Source: Candidatus Taylorbacteria bacterium RIFCSPHIGHO2_01_FULL_46_22b (GTDB lineage: Bacteria; Patescibacteriota; Minisyncoccia; Phycocordibacterales; DSPV01). From it: DNA of 64,000 nucleotides. Location of the stretch: NCBI GenBank assembly GCA_001820875.1, contig MHRF01000013.1, positions 9,992 through 73,991 of the forward strand. Reading direction: 5' to 3'. The position numbers were made by a program, and so were the translations under genes. The notes beneath the pieces were generated by a model. The model saw nothing but the letters and a program-made list of their open reading frames with translations. It searched no databases and had not been told where the DNA came from. Below are positions 63,891-64,000 of the stretch, piece after piece (position 1 is the first letter of the stretch; every line of letters starts with the position of its first letter).

Positions 63891-64000
63891 TTATATTTTT
63901 CGAACAATACCCTTTTCTGCATCGACTTCAATCAAATCTCCATCATGAAAAACCCGAGTAGCAGTTTTGGTCCCAATAATGCATGGTTTTTTCATCTCCC
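63891..64000 (-). CDS. C-terminal end of a second, tandem PEP-utilizing mobile-domain protein (partial, runs off the window)
   Basis: Hand translation ...EMKKPCIIGTKTATRVFHDGDLIEVDAEKGIVRKI* parallels the C-terminus of the 62316 gene. Confidence 0.5.
   Translation of the reverse strand, partial: EMKKPCIIGTKTATRVFHDGDLIEVDAEKGIVRKI

Noticed and set aside
1-64000. Searched for CRISPR arrays, rRNA genes and prophage structural genes
   Set aside because: No regularly spaced short direct repeats. No rRNA-like conserved stretches. No capsid, terminase or integrase motifs recognised.

Overview
Window is a 64 kb, moderately AT-rich bacterial chromosome segment dominated by minus-strand housekeeping operons. 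Gene content resembles a reduced-genome lineage, possibly Patescibacteria/CPR-like: short AlaRS, many unknown membrane proteins, weak Shine-Dalgarno signals. This placement is inference only.

Housekeeping content (most true starts lie inside the longer track ORFs):
- ctpA, rplI/rpmA, and a dcw-like block (murG, ftsW, mraY, PBP5-like) with gltX.
- scpA/scpB, Nudix, trpS, plsC, and grpE-dnaK-dnaJ.
- A ribosomal/RNAP block: rpsI-rplM, rplQ-rpoA-rpsD-rpsK-rpsM-rpmJ-infA. rpmJ is not in the ORF track.
- alaS, mnmA, mltG, leuS, ychF, and a zwf-gnd-pgl oxidative pentose operon.

RNA genes called from sequence:
- tRNA-Pro(GGG), tRNA-Ala(GGC) and tRNA-Val(CAC).
- A probable, divergent RNase P RNA near 23.4-23.8 kb.
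- Two further gene-free, hairpin-rich candidate ncRNA loci (20.2-20.85 kb and 49.4-49.87 kb) that I cannot classify.

Accessory or unusual content:
- An orphan RHS C-terminal toxin/immunity cassette, split by a 750-bp IS200/IS605-like (RAYT-type) transposase element with about 22-bp perfect inverted repeats. A third solo copy of the repeat bounds the cassette.
- tRNA-Pro is flanked by a 5-prime half-copy and a 3-prime half-copy. tRNA-Val is followed by two degenerate 3-prime-end-like fragments. Both look like att-site scars.
- A LAGLIDADG-like endonuclease ORF sits between tRNA-Ala and tRNA-Val.
- Several locally GC-rich patches at about 41.6-42.1, 56.1-58.8 and 61.8-62.2 kb carry small Cys-rich ORFs, a DUF378 protein, a xenolog-like second amidohydrolase and an LMW-PTP.
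- A nuclease-rich cluster: MGMT-like, a Cas4-like 4-Cys PD-(D/E)xK nuclease, and an ATP-cone-Mrr fusion.
- A regulator combining sigma-70 region 4 with a HARE-HTH domain.
- Several uncharacterised membrane-protein cassettes: 8.8-10.7 kb, 33.4-36.0 kb, 43.2-44.5 kb.

No CRISPR array, rRNA or prophage structural genes are evident. All identifications rest on motif recognition by eye; no searches were run.
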